Of a DNA stretch of 64,000 bases, positions 21,817 through 35,813 are shown piece by piece (positions within the stretch are counted from its first letter, which is position 1; the number at the start of each line of letters is the position of its first letter). Under the pieces are notes generated by a model, which saw only the letters and a list, made by a program, of their open reading frames with translations, was not told where the DNA came from and made no database searches. Origin of the DNA: Eledone cirrhosa (lineage: Eukaryota); assembly GCA_964016885.1 (NCBI GenBank), contig OZ024740.1:123008001-123072000 (forward strand), in the 5' to 3' direction. The translations under genes were made by a program, and so were the position numbers.

Positions 21817-22759
21817 AATATGATTTTATAAATATAGTTTCCATTTATCAATATCATTGATATTCTACTCCGGAAAACTGTCAAGTGCTTCGAATCTGTT
21901 ATAAATATATTTGTTGGATTACCAAAAAATTAAATATCCCTTTGCCTATATATATATATACACACATATACCTGTGTGTCTGTGTCTATATATGTATGTT
22001 TGCATGCATGAATTAATACACTAAGCTTTAGATTTAGTAGAATGTACGACCACTGATTCCAGATTTTTGCACTATCATATATTTTGGTTTCTAGTCATTC
22101 CCTGGGGAAATGGTTTACCAAATGCTTTGCTTAATTGTTTTATTTATTTTTTATGTTATTATTTCTCTTAGATTTCAGGTATTTTTGAAATCAAAGCACT
22201 GGTCCTTAAAATACTCGAGTGGGCCCTGCAATGCTACTGTCGGCTTTTGCAATGCTACCGTGGGACGCCTGGTGCCCACTTGCCATTGGGCAACCTGGCC
22301 AGTCCGCCACTGCCCATGGCTGATCCTTATATTGACGGTATTCATCGAACATAAACGAATTGTTTGTAACATAAACCTTAGACTTTCATAATGAAACTTG
22401 TTTCTATACATTCCGGTAATTCAAATCACGATTTGTCGCGCCAATGTTGAATAAATTATATTTCATAATTGTTAAATGATTGAGCATTTCCAGTTCATTC
22501 CAAATACGTCTTGGTATATATTTCAGGGAAAGCTTTAATGGAATAACTAAGAAATGGCTTAGTCTACGTGTTTTGCATGTTGTGCATGGGACATTAGGTC
22601 TCAGTTACAAGTCTTGTGATGAAGGTAAGTCAATGTATTTCGATTTAGGAATTTGCAATGTTTTGCGAATTCTTTTGTCCGCGTTTGGTCTAAAACATTA
22701 GTCTTGTATTGGTTCATCATAATCCTTAGTAGTTCTTGTATACATAGGGTGTACAATGA

Positions 22760-23292
22760 CAGGGACGACTTTAATGAGGGGGGGGGGGGGCACCAGTGAT
22801 AGCTGTATCAATTTATTTGCATCCTCTGCTGGGCCTTTTATTTGTTTCTCCTTTGACAATGAGAACTATATTGTTATCAGAACAATATTCTAATAAAACA
22901 TATTTGATGTTGCTCGTATCGCAAAAATAATGCACCCACTAAACAATCTAAAGTGGTTACATTAGTAAGGGCATCCAGCCATAGAAACCATACCAAATAT
23001 GTAATGTATGAGCAGGATGGGGTCGCCGTAATATGTTTGGTCTTGGACTACAACCTGTCCCACACATGCCAGTGTGAAAAGTGGACGTAAAATTAGGATG
23101 GTTAGATTTTTTTAATTTAATACCTGTATGTAAAACTTTTCAATTCCAATTAATTGCACCAGCCGACATTGATATTTAAAATTGGAGATTTGATGTGTAT
23201 TATAATTTTTGTGTACGAGCCCCCACCCCGCCACCCCTCCCCTCCCCCAAACCTGAAATGCCCTAGACCACCAATGTCTAAATCCGGTCCCG
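22760..23292. mobile_element. hAT-type MITE with a nested SINE-like insert (~22930-23100)
   Basis: Imperfect TIRs cagggacgacttta / taaatccggtcccg; 8-bp flanks tacaatga / tacaacga. Confidence 0.6.
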
Positions 23293-24254
23293 TACAACGA
23301 TTCTCTCATTCATTGTATGTGTTTCGTATATTGTCTTTTCTAATATGTCTGTAACTATTAGATGTGTTGGTTTCAACTAGATATTTTCCATATATGTATA
23401 TATATATTGTATATTGATAGATTTTGGATTCGTTCCCTTGTTCGGTCCCTGAATTTTTCCAGATACTTTCTTTGTAGAAAAAAATTGTTTCTCTTTCTTC
23501 CTGTTTTTCGTTAAATTTTCTTTAGACTGGTATGATCTCTATGTTCTTGATATGTGTGGCTTCTTGGGGTTGCTTTTCCCTTTCATCATTTTAGAAAGTA
23601 CCAGCTCAGTGCTTGTGCAGCTCTCTCCTGTTCCAGCTGTCATGAGCTGGATGTTCTTCTTTTTACTTATTGGTTAGCTATGAAATAGAAATTATATTTG
23701 TTACAGCTAGGTTTATTTTCATTTATTTTGTTCGTGGGAAGGTTTGTTTAAGATCATTAAATAATACCAATAGTAATATTTTCGTTCCTTGTTCTTGATA
23801 CATTAAAATTGTTTATACTAACGCAGCCCAAACTGGTACTACTTTTATGAAAATAAACCATCGAGTTTATACAGTTCGTATTTAAATTAAAATCCTCCAA
23901 CATAATTTCATATAAGAACTATATGTTTTCTTAGTAATGATAATTTTAATAAATCCTTCAAAATTCTTCATTAATTAATTGAAATAGAATGTTTTTCATT
24001 AGAATTATGTTTAAAAATTCAACCAGTACTCTCTCTCTCTCTCTCACACACGCATACACGCACTTTCTCTCTGACAGGATCTCTCTCTCTCTCTCTCCTC
24101 CTGCAACAACTTATCAGCTGCTAGTCTCAACTTATCAGCTGCTAGTCTACTAATTCAGCTAGTGACAGTCCAGACACCAGCAAAACCTTTAAAACATTAA
24201 TTAATCTTTAAACATGAACTTTGTAAAAAAGAACATACTTTTAAAGGGTAGAGT

Positions 24255-24445
24255 TGGTGTCACCATAAAATACATCCAGTACATTCTGCAAAGTGATTAG
24301 CATTAGGAAGGGCATCCAGTCTTAAAAACCATGCTAAAATATGGAACATATAAATAAGTTGTTGTCTTTCTCACCTCTTTAGTCATGGATCATGACAACC
24401 TGTCCAATCCATGCCAGCATGGAAAGCAAGTGTTTAATAATGATG
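24255..24445 (+). mobile_element. SINE/RTE-tail-derived repeat
   Basis: aggaagggcatccag..aaaaccatgc..ccatgccagcatggaa motifs shared with the RTE 3' UTR. Relatives at 25688-25900(-), 31640-31955(+), 34380-34760(-), 36265-36715(+), 59950-60250(-) and 63585-63866(+). Confidence 0.7.
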
Positions 24446-26869
24446 AATGTTGTACAATTTCAGGAGATTATTGTAGGTATTATATCCGTGCTTCAAAATA
24501 GCTTTTGCACACACTTCACTTTATCTCAGCATGCTGCGAGGATTATGTTTTTGACGTGAGAAAATATTAGATTCTTGGCTACTGAAAGTTATTAAGGAAA
24601 GTATAAAGGATAAATAATGAAATCTCAGAGTGTGAAAATATTAACAAACTTTAAAGTAACTTATGAACTGTTTTCTGCTTTTGTGAAATTGATTTTGAAA
24701 ATAATAATACTGTTCATCATCACCATATTCATCATCATCGTTGAAATCATCATCATTGTTGAGGAAAATGATAACGATATTGATGACAAAGTATTAACTT
24801 CATTATATACATAAATAAGACTGTTATTGCTCCAATCTGTCCACAAAACACTGATCAAACACCAACTTGCACACATGACACCTGCTAAACCAACCTGCAA
24901 CCTACCCTCCAAATTTGGCAAACTGTATACAAACCACCCACCTTCACAAACTCAGCAAACTGAACACGGACCACAACAGCCACCAAATGGGTTGTTTGTT
25001 GGTATGTAGTTTGTGAGATCAAGTAGTTTGTTGCCATGTAGTTTATAACTAAAGTTAGTGAATGGTTGATGATGGTGTAACTTGATTGGAAAGATCCTAG
25101 TGAACATCATCTCAATATATGGCCCATAGGTTACATTCACCACTCTGTTTACAAACTCTACAGAAATCAAGCCATCACAACTATGCACATCTTCTGAACA
25201 CCCTTGTCACACAAACTTGTCTTCCATTCACCAGTTTCACATCACATCCCTTCTTTCGTTTCACCTGCACACATCAGATGTTCATTCTTATTCTATTCAG
25301 TAACTCCCCCACTTCTCCCAAATTTTCCGTCTTCCTTTTTTTCTATTTTACGTGATATATATTTCATTATTACATTTTTGAACAACATCCAGCAAACAGT
25401 ATATATTTTCATCAAGCTTTATAAAAATTGGGTCAATGCCACTTGGGTCAATGTTTCTGACAATGCTGTCTTCCTCTTTCTTTCTTGATTCGCTACATCT
25501 TTCTTTTGTGTTACTTTACAGACTTCAGATTATATCCATCTCTTTCTTATCTACATTCCTTTTACGTATATAAGGCCTGCAGAACCTCAGTGGCTAGGGC
25601 TACCAAAAGACTTTCCAAAAAATATAATATTTTGTGAGGTAGTGTCAAAAAAATAGTTCTATATTTCAACATCTCTTTTTTATATATCATCACTGTTGTT
25701 TAACATCTGTTTTCCTTGCTAACAGGAGTTAGGCAGGTCTACATAGACCAAGTCAGTACTGGTTTGGGGCTACTGACCTCCAAGACAAGCCAACAAGGCA
25801 TTTTATTTATGTATGGAATTAGTTCTATTGAAGGCACAAGGGAAGTTTTCATGCTCTTGATATGTTTGAAGTGTCCTCCAACCCTTTGACAAGTGTTTCC
25901 CAGGGCTGATGCCTCTCTCTCTCTCTCTCTCACTCTCTCACACACATACATAGATATAGTTATATTTGGGGAGGGTGATGTTGATATAATATTGCTAGAA
26001 ATAATAATTGTTTCTACTTTTGGCATAAGGTCCGCAATTACTCAGTGTATTACTGGTACTTTTTGTTATCGACCCCCGTAAGGATGAAAGGCAAAGTTAA
26101 CCTTGCTAGAAATAATAATAAAAGACACTCACTGGTTTGGATTGGTTTTCACTTCTCTATATTTTATATCCCTATAGTTAAATTAGCTGGCAACCAATGT
26201 TTATCATTGATTGACCAACAGTTAAAAATATGTATATAGTCTATCAAAGTTCTTTCTTCACACATCTGTAACATAATTAGTGGTACTATAATGTTTCCTT
26301 CTGTAGTAATGTAATATCTATTCTATTATTTATTTATTTATTCATTTATGTAATTATTTATTTATTCATTCTTGTCTCTGTTTACGTGTGTGTTTTCTGT
26401 TTTGTGTGTGTTCGTGACTCTGTCTGGGTGTGTTTGTTTTCTATCTTTGCTCACTAGTGTATGTTTAAGTGTGGTTGTTATTGTACCTGTGTATATTTAT
26501 TTATATTTATCTTAGGTCACTTGTGTGATTGTGTATGGTTGTTGTAATTCCATTCATTTCTTCTGTTCAACTTCGGTTTTCTTAGTTCTATTTCAGTTGT
26601 TTCTCTGATTTGTCTACCTATTGAGTCATTTCTATGTTTAGATATTATTTTAATTTCTATATTGTCTATACTACCATCATATCTTCATCTGGTATGTTCA
26701 TATAGTACCAAACTGTCTTTTTGTCTTTTTAGTTCACCCGTGTTGGTCTATTCCCTCCCTTCTGCTCCAAGCTGTCTCACCAATGTATGTCGTTATATAT
26801 GTACATGAATATTAAACTATTGGACACAGTGCTAAGTTTAATATTCATGTATATATATATATATACATA

Positions 26870-27620
26870 TATAATTGAATAAACAAGAGAGATGAACACT
26901 AATATAAACATACATGTGTTCGAATCGTAAGGACCAAGTTTGCTAGGGTGAAAACATTCTAACTACAGCAATATGGTTTGTCAGACTTAATTTTAAATAT
27001 TAAATTAAGAAAAATAACAGACCTATATTGGGCAATCGCCTGGTAACAACTAGACAGTTTTGGAGACTGTTCCACAACATCTTATTAAGTGAAGTCCACT
27101 CTTTTCTCTGCTCCTCAGTAGTTGTTGAGAAATTAGTGATCATTCCACTTCTAAAAATATTATAGACTGAATTGCGTGCGATAAGAATTATCACACGTGT
27201 TTTCCGAACCCAGCATGTCTCAAAATGTTATGCCGCTAAAAATAGCAGCCTGGCTAACAGGATATTAAAATTAGCTCTACATGATGGAGCCGACAAATAT
27301 ATAGTGAGTTAGAAACTAAGAGTAGTCACTTACAATTAAATAGCTCTAAGAAAAAAGCTTTTCCGAGCCGTACAATATAATTGAATATAGGTCTGTTATT
27401 TTTCTTAATTTAATATTTAAAATTAAGTCTGACAAACCATATTGCTGTAGTTAGAATGTTTTCACCCTAGCAAACTTGGTTCTTACGATTTGAACACATG
27501 TATGTTTATATGAGTGTTCATCTCTCTTGTTTATTCAATTATATTGTACGGCTCAGAAAACTTTTTTCTTAGAGCTATTAAATTGTAAGAGACTACTCTC
27601 AGTTTCTAACTCACTATATA
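26870..27620. repeat. Permuted inverted repeat, P...Q followed by (QP) reverse-complemented, (TA)n-flanked
   Basis: 26870-27029 = rc of 27385-27543; 27298-27387 = rc of 27531-27620. Confidence 0.85.
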
Positions 27621-27622
27621 TA

Positions 27623-27673
<51 letters not shown>

Positions 27674-29345
27674 TGTGTGCATGTGCATAGATACTTGAAT
27701 ACAGCATCACAGTTCATGCTTTATTAACATTATCTTCAAGCAAATTTTCTTTTGCCTGGAAATTCCTCCTTTACTTTTATCTTTTAATGGAGGAATATAT
27801 CTCTTGAAGGAATTTCAAAGCCACCATATCTAGGAGAGCAATCAACAGAAAACTGAATTACTCTATCCCAGAATAAAACCTTTCTTAGCTGCAAAATGAC
27901 AAATCTGAGCAAGTATTTCCTAATGTGCTTTGTGGCCATGTAAATAGAGCACCAACAAGAATTTTAAGATAATTTTCTCTGTTAAAGCAAGTTTTAGCTA
28001 TGCGGGCACCATGACAAATTCATCCATATTTCCTTTTATCTGTAGATCCTCTCACCATCCAACTGGTTTGTGTTTCCTCCTCAATCATCTTTAGCTATGT
28101 CGTTCATTGTCTTCCCTTTTCTACTTCCTTCAACATTCATTTCTTCCTGTCACCCAGTCTCTTTCATCCTTCCTCTTGGATAAGACTCAAACATCTTATT
28201 TCATTTCTGTCCACAGCTTTCGTTAATGGCTCTTATCCCATCATCCAATACAATTCATTTTTTGTTTGTCTCTTCTGCACAATGCATTCTTCCACTGAAT
28301 CGTTCTCATTTTTCTTTTTTCTAGCATTCTCTACTACTCCACATTCATCACCTATGTCTTGCTCCAGTAAATCGTGGTACTTCTCATACATGTGACATAC
28401 ACCTATTCCTTCAGTTTCAGTGAGACCACCTCATTAAACCAAGCTACATCACTAAAATAATTGGTTTCAGTAAGAGCATCATTCAATTTTTAACCCAATC
28501 ATTACTGTATTTCTAATGAAAGACACTGCATATAATTTTCATATAACTTTGAAAATAATTGCGAATTTAGTGATATAGCGGATTTTCATAGTATTAAGCT
28601 GTTTGGAACAAAAAGGTTTTTACAGAAACTTACGAGAGAAGTTATTTAGATAAATATAAACACTTCAAAATAAACGTTGTTTCATTGTAGACCTGTTTGG
28701 TAACAAAAGCAACAATAATCCAATATAATTGCTTATCTTTAGTTAGTCAACTGTATCCTTCAATGGGTGATTGTCTATTGACTTTAGGTAAATGACTCTG
28801 CAATTTATAACCATTGGAGATTTTGAGCACAGAAATCCAATTCAGCAGAGCTCATAGCAATTTGGCAAGTGATTCAGTATTTTTTAGTGGTTAGCAGTGA
28901 GTATATGCAGCTTGAAAAATAGGAACAGGGGAAAAAATGTGTTAAAAAAGTAAGACAGATATTAAATATTGATGATGGTGGCAATGATAATGTTGATGAT
29001 AAGATTCTCTGTAAAACCAGAGAAGGCTGTTTCCTTTCTATTAGGTACCAGCAGAATATTTTTTATGTTTATCAGGAGAAATCTTCTTACATTTCTTGTA
29101 TAATAAATGGAAAGATTACATTCAATAGCATCAGCTTAGTTTCCATTCCAGATGGAAGAATAATGTAAAAATAAAATATGCTAGAAGTGCCTAATGTTTT
29201 TATTTGTCTTTTTTTTCTTGGTCTAGGGTTTTGTTATATTTTCATCTTGTTTTCTATCTTAATTGAAAAACAAATATACCCAACTGAATCAGACTTACTC
29301 AAGTGGAAAATATTTTATCTAATAATGAAAGTGTATGTCCAATCA

Positions 29346-29379
<34 letters not shown>

Positions 29380-29765
29380 TAAACACACAGACATATATAT
29401 ATATATACAAAAAGAAACAACCAGACATATATACACATACATATGAATATATGTGTGTATAAGAAAGAATTATGCACAAATGGATACATGAATACATACA
29501 GATATATGTACATGTGCTTTAACATATGTGTTTGTGTGGAGGTGCATCATTATATAGTGTTATCTGTACACAATGTCTGTTAATCTATGAGTTTATAAAT
29601 ATATATATGTATGTATGTACATTTAGTGGATGCAGCTTTGAGAAGTAATTTCTCTTATAACTAATGCAACTTAACAAAATTATGTGTGCACACATACACA
29701 CTTATACAGACTGGCACTCACACACAGAGGCACATATGTTTATGTATATATATATATATATATGA

Positions 29766-30186
29766 TATACAGTCTGTGCTGCTGTACGGGTCTGAGACTT
29801 GGACACTGACCAAGAAACTCACTCAGATGGTAGATGGGTGCTACACGAGAATGCTGAGGATGGCCCTGAACATTAGTCAGTATACACTGAGGATGATAAA
29901 CTCAGAGCTGTATGGGTGCATCCCAAAAGTCAGCTCAAAAGTGACACAGAGGAGACTGAGGTTAGCTGGACACGCTCACCGACATCCAGAGTTGACATTG
30001 CACTCAGTGCTCCTGTGGGAGCCCCTACATGGACACACTGGAAGAGGAAGACCAAGGTTAACGTATGTTGATGCCCTAAGGACGGACACTGGTCTGTTGT
30101 TGATGCAAGACATGGCAGCGATAATGAGGGACAGAGACCGCTGGAGAGAACTTGTCCATGGATCTCGGGAATTTTACCCCCCCTAG
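29766..30186 (+). pseudogene. 3' fragment of an RTE/RTEX-like LINE inserted in (TA)n
   Basis: SVLLYGSETWTL..YTRMLR..RRLRLAGH..GRGRPRLTY..DRDRWR. Confidence 0.85.
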
Positions 30187-30196
30187 ATATATATGA

Positions 30197-30454
30197 TCAT
30201 ATGTTCATTTTTCCAGGCTTGCATAGGTGGGACAAGTCCTTTCCAGCACAACATCTCTCCACTTGACACATTCCTTTGACATCTCTTCTGTGAGTCTTTG
30301 ATTTGAAATTATCTCTCACCACCTCTGTCCAAGTCTTCCCTGGTCTACCTCTACTGCAGCTTCCTATCACTTGAATTTCCTGGCTCTTCTTCACACAACC
30401 ATCATCATCCATGTGCAACACATGTCCATACCAACGTAGTCTTTTCTTTCGCAT
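30197..30454 (-). pseudogene. Old RTE 3' fragment
   Basis: RLRWYGHVLHMDDD..RGRPGKTW. Confidence 0.8.
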
Positions 30455-31985
30455 ATTTCATATATACATATATATATACACACTTATATATATAATAGAC
30501 ATACACGTTAGGTGAATTTGTTTTATTGTCTATGTACAAGTTGTCATCACCATTTCTGTATCCATTGTTCTATGTCCAGATGTAGACTGGTTATAGAGGC
30601 ATTTGAGCAATGCATAGAGGGAAGGTGGGTAAAAAAATAACAACTGCTGTAAATTTGTTAGAAATACTGGTGTCATAGCTACTGCACAAAGAATGAAACA
30701 AAAATGAAATCCCTAAGCAATGAAAATATATATCTGGCCCTCAGCAGTTAGTACCATGCACACATACTCATATACAACAGGTTTCCTTAGTTTTTGTCTA
30801 TCAAATTAAATTACAAGACATTGAACAGCCATGAATATAAATGTCGGTGTGTAAAACAAATTGTCTGGATTGTTAGATCCATTGTGGTATTACTTTATTC
30901 CAATCCCCACTTCACAATTGATAAAATATAATACCAGTCCAATAAAGTATTGGGTGGGTGATACATATTTTTCCTTTTTCCTGTTCCCTCTAGAAATCAA
31001 TTGTGATTAGACATACAAAGATGGTTTCTTGCAGGTTATACCCAAGGAAAGATATGATAGTGCCCTTTGATGATATTAATAGTTGAAGGCCCAAGACAAG
31101 GCAACACACTATATATATATGTATGTGTGTGTGTATGTATAAACATGTGGTTGTCATTATGGCTGACACTGTGTCGGCTGAGTTAGGATGCATCACATAG
31201 ATTTCCTGGATAATTTAATGATAAGAAGCCCTAAATGTATCTTGTCATCATTTGTCAGGTAACAAGTAGCAGAATATGAACTCAGAACACACACAACTGG
31301 AACATAGAATGAGATATCATGTCAAATACTCTTAAAATTACACCAAATATACTGCTCTGGATTGGTACTTTATTGGTATTGTAACGATAAAAAGGAAAGT
31401 TGACTTTTGGGCCAAATATTGTAATTTATTCTAACAACTCAGTTAATTTGTTACTTACACATATCATATACTTTATAATGATTTCTTTTGACTAGACACA
31501 AGACCAATTTTAGTAAAGGAAATAAGCTCTGAGTGATCATTCACCTTCAAATTAAACTCTTGGGTACATCAGCCATGAAAGAACAAAAATAACATAGAGG
31601 AGAGAACGATTTTGCCATTTAATTGCAAGGCAATCCCATTAGTGTTGTCACCACAATAAAATGCACCCAGTACATTCTATACTGTAGTTGACAATGAAAG
31701 AGCGAACAGAGTTAGAAAGACACTTTAATCTTGTCAATTTCATGAGAATTTCTCAAGTGCTGGTTTCATAATAAGATCTTGTCAGTACACTCCGTAAAAT
31801 GTTTGGTGTTAGAAAGGGAATCATCCAGCATTAGAAACCATACCAAACATTGAAATGTATGCATGAGATATACTCTCCAAACCAGTAATTCCGAATAACA
31901 ACTAACTTTGAGTGCAGTGACCTGTCCGAACCAAGCCAATATGGAAAGCTATTTCTGATAATGATGGCAGTGGTGTTGGTTATCC

Positions 31986-32240
31986 TTAACGTTTTTGATA
32001 TCAAACCACTTAAAAGTATTCCTGTTTTTATAATACATAACTGCTTCTTTAACATGTTTATATCTAAATATCTTTCACCATAATTTTATTTAAGGTCTTT
32101 TGTTAAGTTATATGCCAAACCCCAGCTTAATAATGAGAATGTTGTATTTTTAAATCCCTCCAAATTTTGGATTATTTTCAAATTGATTTGAAAATTAAAA
32201 GCAATATCGGTCATCAAAAATATGGTAACAAATGGCTTAA
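31986..32240. mobile_element. ~250-bp TTAA-bounded MITE (piggyBac-like ends)
   Basis: ttaacgtttttgatatc ... tggtaacaaatggcttaa. Relatives at 57103-57310 (ttaacccttttgatacc), 49720-49941, 28490-28710 and 23810-24020. Confidence 0.5.
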
Positions 32241-35200
32241 ATCAGTTGAATGATCATTGGGTTAATTAACATCATACATTGAGTACTCTCTTCTTTATTT
32301 GTTAGCCAGCAATACAAACATTTAACAAGATAGAAGGGTCAATAGTCTAAAAGTAGACACACATGCACATCCAATCCAAACACAGAGGAGCCAGACTCCC
32401 ACTGTCATTGCCTCTATCACTCTCACCCTCCCCATCTCTCATTTATATGAGCAAATGGGATCCCATGCACTGGCCGCCCCACAGCCCCAGTGGGCAGAAT
32501 AGAGAAGGCGTTTCCCCAGAGGATGGTGAGGGAGATGCACTGGAAGAGCCATTTTATCTTGTGAGGCTCACACCTGCAGCAAGCCAGCACAGCACCTGGT
32601 GAGTAGGGAGGTGGCCCTAGGGCCCAAAACACCAGAAGTCTCTACTTCTAGGGGCTCGACTGCAAGCCTGGTTGGAGAGCAAAACTGGCTTTGATGAAAT
32701 TACAGTAAATTGTTTATTAGACTAAACTTGGAGAGAGGAGATGAAAGTCAGCTGTCATAGAATCTGATCTTAGAATGAATCTGGACAAAGGTAAATATTA
32801 TAAGTCATTCTGTTCAACATATTTATATTTCTAGTTCTGCAAACATATATAACTTTTTATATTATCTCATAATAAAATGCAAAAATCTTGTTCACGCTCA
32901 AGAACAAAAGAACAACTACTTGTCATTCTTCACAAGTTTATATTCTGAAAGAAATTAGCACAATGCCCAGAATAATTGTGATTCAGCTCTCTCACTCTTA
33001 GCAATAATAGTTCATTGTTTTCCATTTTTTTTTTAAAATTAATTTAAAACTGGAAGATGTTTTCTTATAAATGCTTTATTCACATTTACTAACTCTCTTG
33101 TGTTTTAATCCATTCATTTAAGAAACAACAAAATAGTGTCTGTCTAGTCACCTGACCTGCTATTTTAAGTAAGGAAAATATACAGTAGATACATAATTCA
33201 AAATATATGTGATAGTCATGGCTGGAATATATTTTATCATATGTCTGCCGGGTTAGATCTTATCTAGGGCAAAACATCAATGAAAAAATATAATTTCTTC
33301 TTGATCAAATGAGAGAATCTCTAAATTGTCATTAGTAGCCTAATTCTCACAAATCTCTCTTCTACCATCTCAGAGGGAAGAACATGTTTGACAATTTATT
33401 CCTAGAAATAACAAAAGATAATCAAGGTTGATATATATTTTGTCATAAGTCTATTCAATAAAAGCTGTCCTGATTTAACACCACTTGATCACCTTTAGCA
33501 GAGTCCATTTAATGCAATTATATAGGACTGGTTTCTATATTATGGGAGGGCAGTCACCCTTGGGATTCAGGTGTGGGGGAGTGCAGTTTCCTGTGGGCTA
33601 TCATGTCTGTTAATCAATTTTTAACATCCTGTAATAATATAGCAGAAAATATCTTAAAACAGGTTTCTTCAAATTCATATATATATAATATCTTGACTAG
33701 TGGACAAATTGTGAAAATTTGCAACATTAGACAAAAATATTTGAATTTTTATCATGATATAGTTATAATGATGCTTTGTACTTTTCGAGAATGTCTTTCT
33801 ATGGTAGTTTTTGTGATACAAGACATGAAAAGTTAAGGTGGGACTGCCATTTTGCCTCAGGCCATTGATAGATGCTGCTATACAACTAATTATATTAGAG
33901 ATGTTCTCCAAGAAAACTGAGAAATAGCTAAAAACAACGAAAAATAAATGTTCTTGCCCTCTTCATTGTATTTATCATCATCATCATCTCCTCTACCCTC
34001 AATACTTTCTGAGAGCTTATGATAAGAGATATACAGAACAGAAAGATACAGAAAAAGTTGGGGGTGATCTGATGACCACAAGAAGCAAGGTGATATATTA
34101 TGATAAATAATGGTTCTTCATTGAAGTAATCAAAATTTCAAGGTTATTTTCTCTTGCTGTAACTAAGGCTAGTCTTGTAAAGCTACTGGCAGATTTCTTT
34201 TGATCCATTTTGAGGTAATGTTTTACAGTCAGATACACTTCATTGTGCCAGACCTACTAGTCAACTTTGACAACAGGCAAAGATACAATGTACTTATTCT
34301 AAACCATGATATGCACTTCATGCTGACTCACTGTTCTTGAAACTTATCCAACCTATCCATACTAGCATGGTAAACTTCAGCATCATCATCATCAGTGTTT
34401 AATGTTCATTTTCCATGGTAGCACGGATGAGACGAACTGTCCCTTTGTAAGACAAGCCAAGTAAGAGGAGTGTGTTTTTTCTATACAGAACTGATTTTGG
34501 TTTGGTTTCTACAGCTGGATGTCCTTCCAAATGCCAACCACATTTACAGTGTGCACTGGGCACTTTTTGTTGTGGCACCTACATGATCACTTTACTGTGT
34601 GGACTGGGCAATTTATATTGTGAATCCTACATGACCATTTTACAGTGTGGACTGAGTGCTTTTAAGTATGGGCTGGGCACTTTTTGTTGTATGACCATCA
34701 CAACCACTTTACAGTGTGGAGTTGGCACTCATTGTCGTGGCACCAAGATGGCCACTTCATAGTGTGGATTGGAGGCTTGGCTGGGGGTATGCATGGGGAT
34801 TGTGAAGGTACATCTAAGGGTTGCATGTTAGGACGTGGGTGGAGCGATTATGTGGGAGGGAGGTGGCACATATTTGATGCGTGCCTGAGCCACTTTGGAA
34901 ATTAAATGGATGCTGATGATAGTGATGATGATAAAGTGGAGGAGGAAACTCTAAGATATTGGCTGTTTACTGAGACAATCATGTCTATTTAGCACTATTT
35001 AAAACATAGCATGCTCTTTTATTATTATGAAAAACATTAAATTCCCTTATGATTTATAAGTACTCAGTGACCCGAGCAACTCTAAATCGTAAGTACTGTC
35101 TTTTATATAATGCAAGTAGCTAATTGTGTATGTGCATTTGTGTGATTAGTTTATAATTGTGTGTTGGTGTGATGTAAGTTGTGTGTTCTGTTGCCTTCTC

Positions 35201-35630
35201 CTGACATTTTGATCTATGCTACTTGTTAATATTTCAATAGTTCCGTTGTTGCGAGATGACATTTGCATAAAAACACATTTTCAAAGCAGTATGGCACTTC
35301 TCAAAACTATCATTACATACTCACATATGTGTGAACACATACATCGATTATCATTATAATCATCATCACTATACATCCGTTTTCCATGCTAACAAGTGAT
35401 GGACAGGTGGTGACAAACTAAATTAGTAATTAATTGGAGCTACTGATCTTTCTAAAAGGCTGAAGGCCCACATATTGCTTACTTATGTTCCCACACTCTG
35501 CCGAATGCACTGTGTTATTTTATTGTGGGACCCTCTTGGATGGGCCAGAGGCTTGCATCTTTAAATGTTTACACATTCTACCAAGTGCACCAGATGCATT
35601 GCATCATAGCATTGGCACTAGGAGATTGTC

Positions 35631-35813
35631 AGTGGATTGGCAGTATCGGTAGAGGGTCGGACGCCATGCTTTGATGCATAGAGTTATGGCTCTTGCCATT
35701 CTGAGTTCAAATCCCGCCGAGGTTAACTTTGCCTTTCATCTTTAAGGGGTCGATAAAATAAAGTACCAGTAATGCACTGGGTAATTGCTGGCCTTGTGCC
35801 AAAAGTAGAAACA
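35631..35813 (+). mobile_element. tRNA-derived Nin/Deu-like SINE
   Basis: Same family as 4280-4466. Further copies at 52447-52580(-), 59583-59797(+) and 26005-26105(-). Confidence 0.85.

Larger units (their letters stand above)
21543..21863. repeat. Fold-back, ~130-bp arms (21543-21673 / 21732-21863), hammerhead in each arm
   Basis: Arms are reverse complements. The flank 21862-21900 resembles the reverse complement of 7920-7965, indicating the same family as the 2.6-kb fold-back. Confidence 0.88.
6898..22312. mobile_element. hAT-type non-autonomous element expanded to 15.4 kb by nested insertions
   Basis: TIRs cagtggcagactgg (6898) and ccagtccgccactg (22299-22312). Identical 8-bp flanks cccatggc at 6890-6897 and 22313-22320. 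Confidence 0.75.
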
